Below are positions 6,912-7,984 of a stretch of 7,984 bases of DNA, one piece after another (the first letter of the stretch is position 1; every line of letters begins with the position of its first letter). The DNA lies in NCBI RefSeq assembly GCF_006345805.1, contig NW_021828797.1, positions 1 to 7,984 on the forward strand, read 5' to 3'. Position numbers and translations under genes: made by a program. The notes beneath the pieces were generated by a model. It was given only the letters and a program-made list of their open reading frames with translations. It did no database searches and was not told where the DNA came from. This DNA is from Octopus sinensis. Taxonomy: Eukaryota.

Positions 6912-6995
6912 ATTTCCCTACTTAGCGACGGCAGAGGTATTGTTTTCAGTTGTGTTTGTTTGTTTGTCATTGGACAAGATATCTCAAGAACTGAT
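6912..6995 (+). mobile_element. 5'-terminal fragment of the same HINE-like family, in opposite orientation
   Basis: CTTAGCGACGGCAGAGGTATTGTTTTCAGTTGTGTTTGTTTGTTTGTCATTGGACAAGATATCTCAAGAAC aligns to the reverse complement of 5311-5390. Confidence 0.8.
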
Positions 6996-7445
6996 GTTAC
7001 GCGCTGGGGTCGATGTAATCGACTTAATCCGTTCGTCTGTCCTTGTTTGTCCTCCCTGTGTTTAGTCCCTTGTGGGTAGTAAAGAAATAGGTATTTCGTC
7101 TGCTGCTACATTCTGAGTTCAAATGCCGCCGAGGTCGACTTTGCCTTTCGTCCTTTCGGGGTCTATTGAATAAGTACCAGTTACACACTGGAGTCGATAT
7201 AATCGACTTAATCCCTTTGTCTGTCCTTGTTTGTTCCCTCTGTGTTAGCCTCTTGTGGGGTAGTAAGAAACGGTATTTCGTCTGCCTAACGTTCTGAGCT
7301 CAATTCCGCCGAGGTCGACTTTGCCTTTCATCCTTTCGGGGTCGATTAAATAAGTACAGTTACGCACTGGAGTCGATGTAATCGACTTAATCCCTTTGTC
7401 TGTCCTTGTTTGTCCCCTCTGTGTGTAGCCCCTAGTGGGGCAATG
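6996..7445 (+). repeat. Tandem array 3 of SINE A body (one partial plus 2 units; no head)
   Basis: Unit starts (GGTATTTCGTC) at 7090 and 7272. Confidence 0.93.
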
Positions 7446-7713
7446 AAGTAATAAGAGGCTTCCTTCCCTACCACACTGTTATTTCGTCGCTTTATAAAGT
7501 CAAATGTCTTTTTTTGTAAAATTGGAAAACTATAAATTACGTCAACTTAAGTATCTATCCCGCTGTGACGGATTTAATGCAAAGATTAAACAGTTTAAAC
7601 CCAGAAAGAATATGAGGAAGGACCAATAAGTGGTACTTGTGAGAGCTTTACTGGATTATAATATTAGCAAAAGCACATTATCTGATACCATTAAATAACA
7701 GCACCAACAGTTC
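7372..7713 (+). repeat. Right arm of the inverted duplication (partner 2257-2599)
   Basis: Same alignment as the left arm. The match ends at 7713, just before a (CT)n tract. Confidence 0.95.
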
Positions 7714-7717
7714 ATTT

Positions 7718-7741
7718 TCTCTCTCTCTCTTTCTCTCTCTC
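7718..7741. repeat. (CT)n microsatellite
   Basis: Direct reading of the sequence. Confidence 0.85.
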
Positions 7742-7754
7742 CCTGGGCATGTAT

Positions 7755-7928
7755 TTGTGCTTGTGCCTACCGCTAATTGATAACTGGTATTGGATTGAGT
7801 ACGTTCTTATAGTAGAGCGGTTCGGCAGAAAAGGCTGATCTACTAGATTTACAAAGAAAAAAGAAGTACTGTGGTTTGATTTGTTTCTTACAAAACCCTC
7901 ATAGCGGTGCCCCATTATGTCTACAGAC
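7755..7928 (+). mobile_element. Old, diverged remnant of the SINE B 3' half (or a related tail)
   Basis: Exact AGCGGTTCGGCA (7816-7827) plus colinear patches CTAGATTTACAAAGA, AAGTACTGTGGTTTGATTTG and GCGGTGC resembling 4840-4930. Confidence 0.55.
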
Positions 7929-7933
7929 CATGC

Positions 7934-7943
7934 ATATATATTA

Positions 7944-7982
<39 letters not shown>
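7934..7982. repeat. (TA)n microsatellite
   Basis: Direct reading of the sequence. Confidence 0.95.
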
Positions 7983-7983
<1 letters not shown>

Positions 7984-7984
7984 T

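Overview
Eukaryotic non-coding DNA made almost entirely of repeats, with no intact gene. The repeat families resemble those I recall from Octopus (coleoid cephalopod) genomes; this is from memory, not a database search. Family letters below are my own labels. (1) Three tandem arrays of a ~180-bp tRNA-SINE body (family A) at 1-1171 (+), 2112-3118 (-) and 6996-7445 (+). Only the second has a tRNA head, and all share one monomer junction lying between the A and B boxes. (2) Four copies plus one old remnant of a second tRNA-SINE (family B) carrying an internal (TA)n(TG)n tract. (3) One full-length third SINE (family C) with a 14-bp TSD. (4) A frameshifted R4/Dong-like reverse-transcriptase fragment beside a (TAA)n run. 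(5) A TAA-flanked unclassified element (D). (6) A non-autonomous Helitron lying between the two termini of a DINE-1/HINE-like element. (7) A ~343-bp inverted duplication (2257-2599 vs 7372-7713), homologous at one junction only. (8) Many microsatellites. The supplied ORFs are spurious except the N-terminal part of 1063..1362, which is RT-derived.
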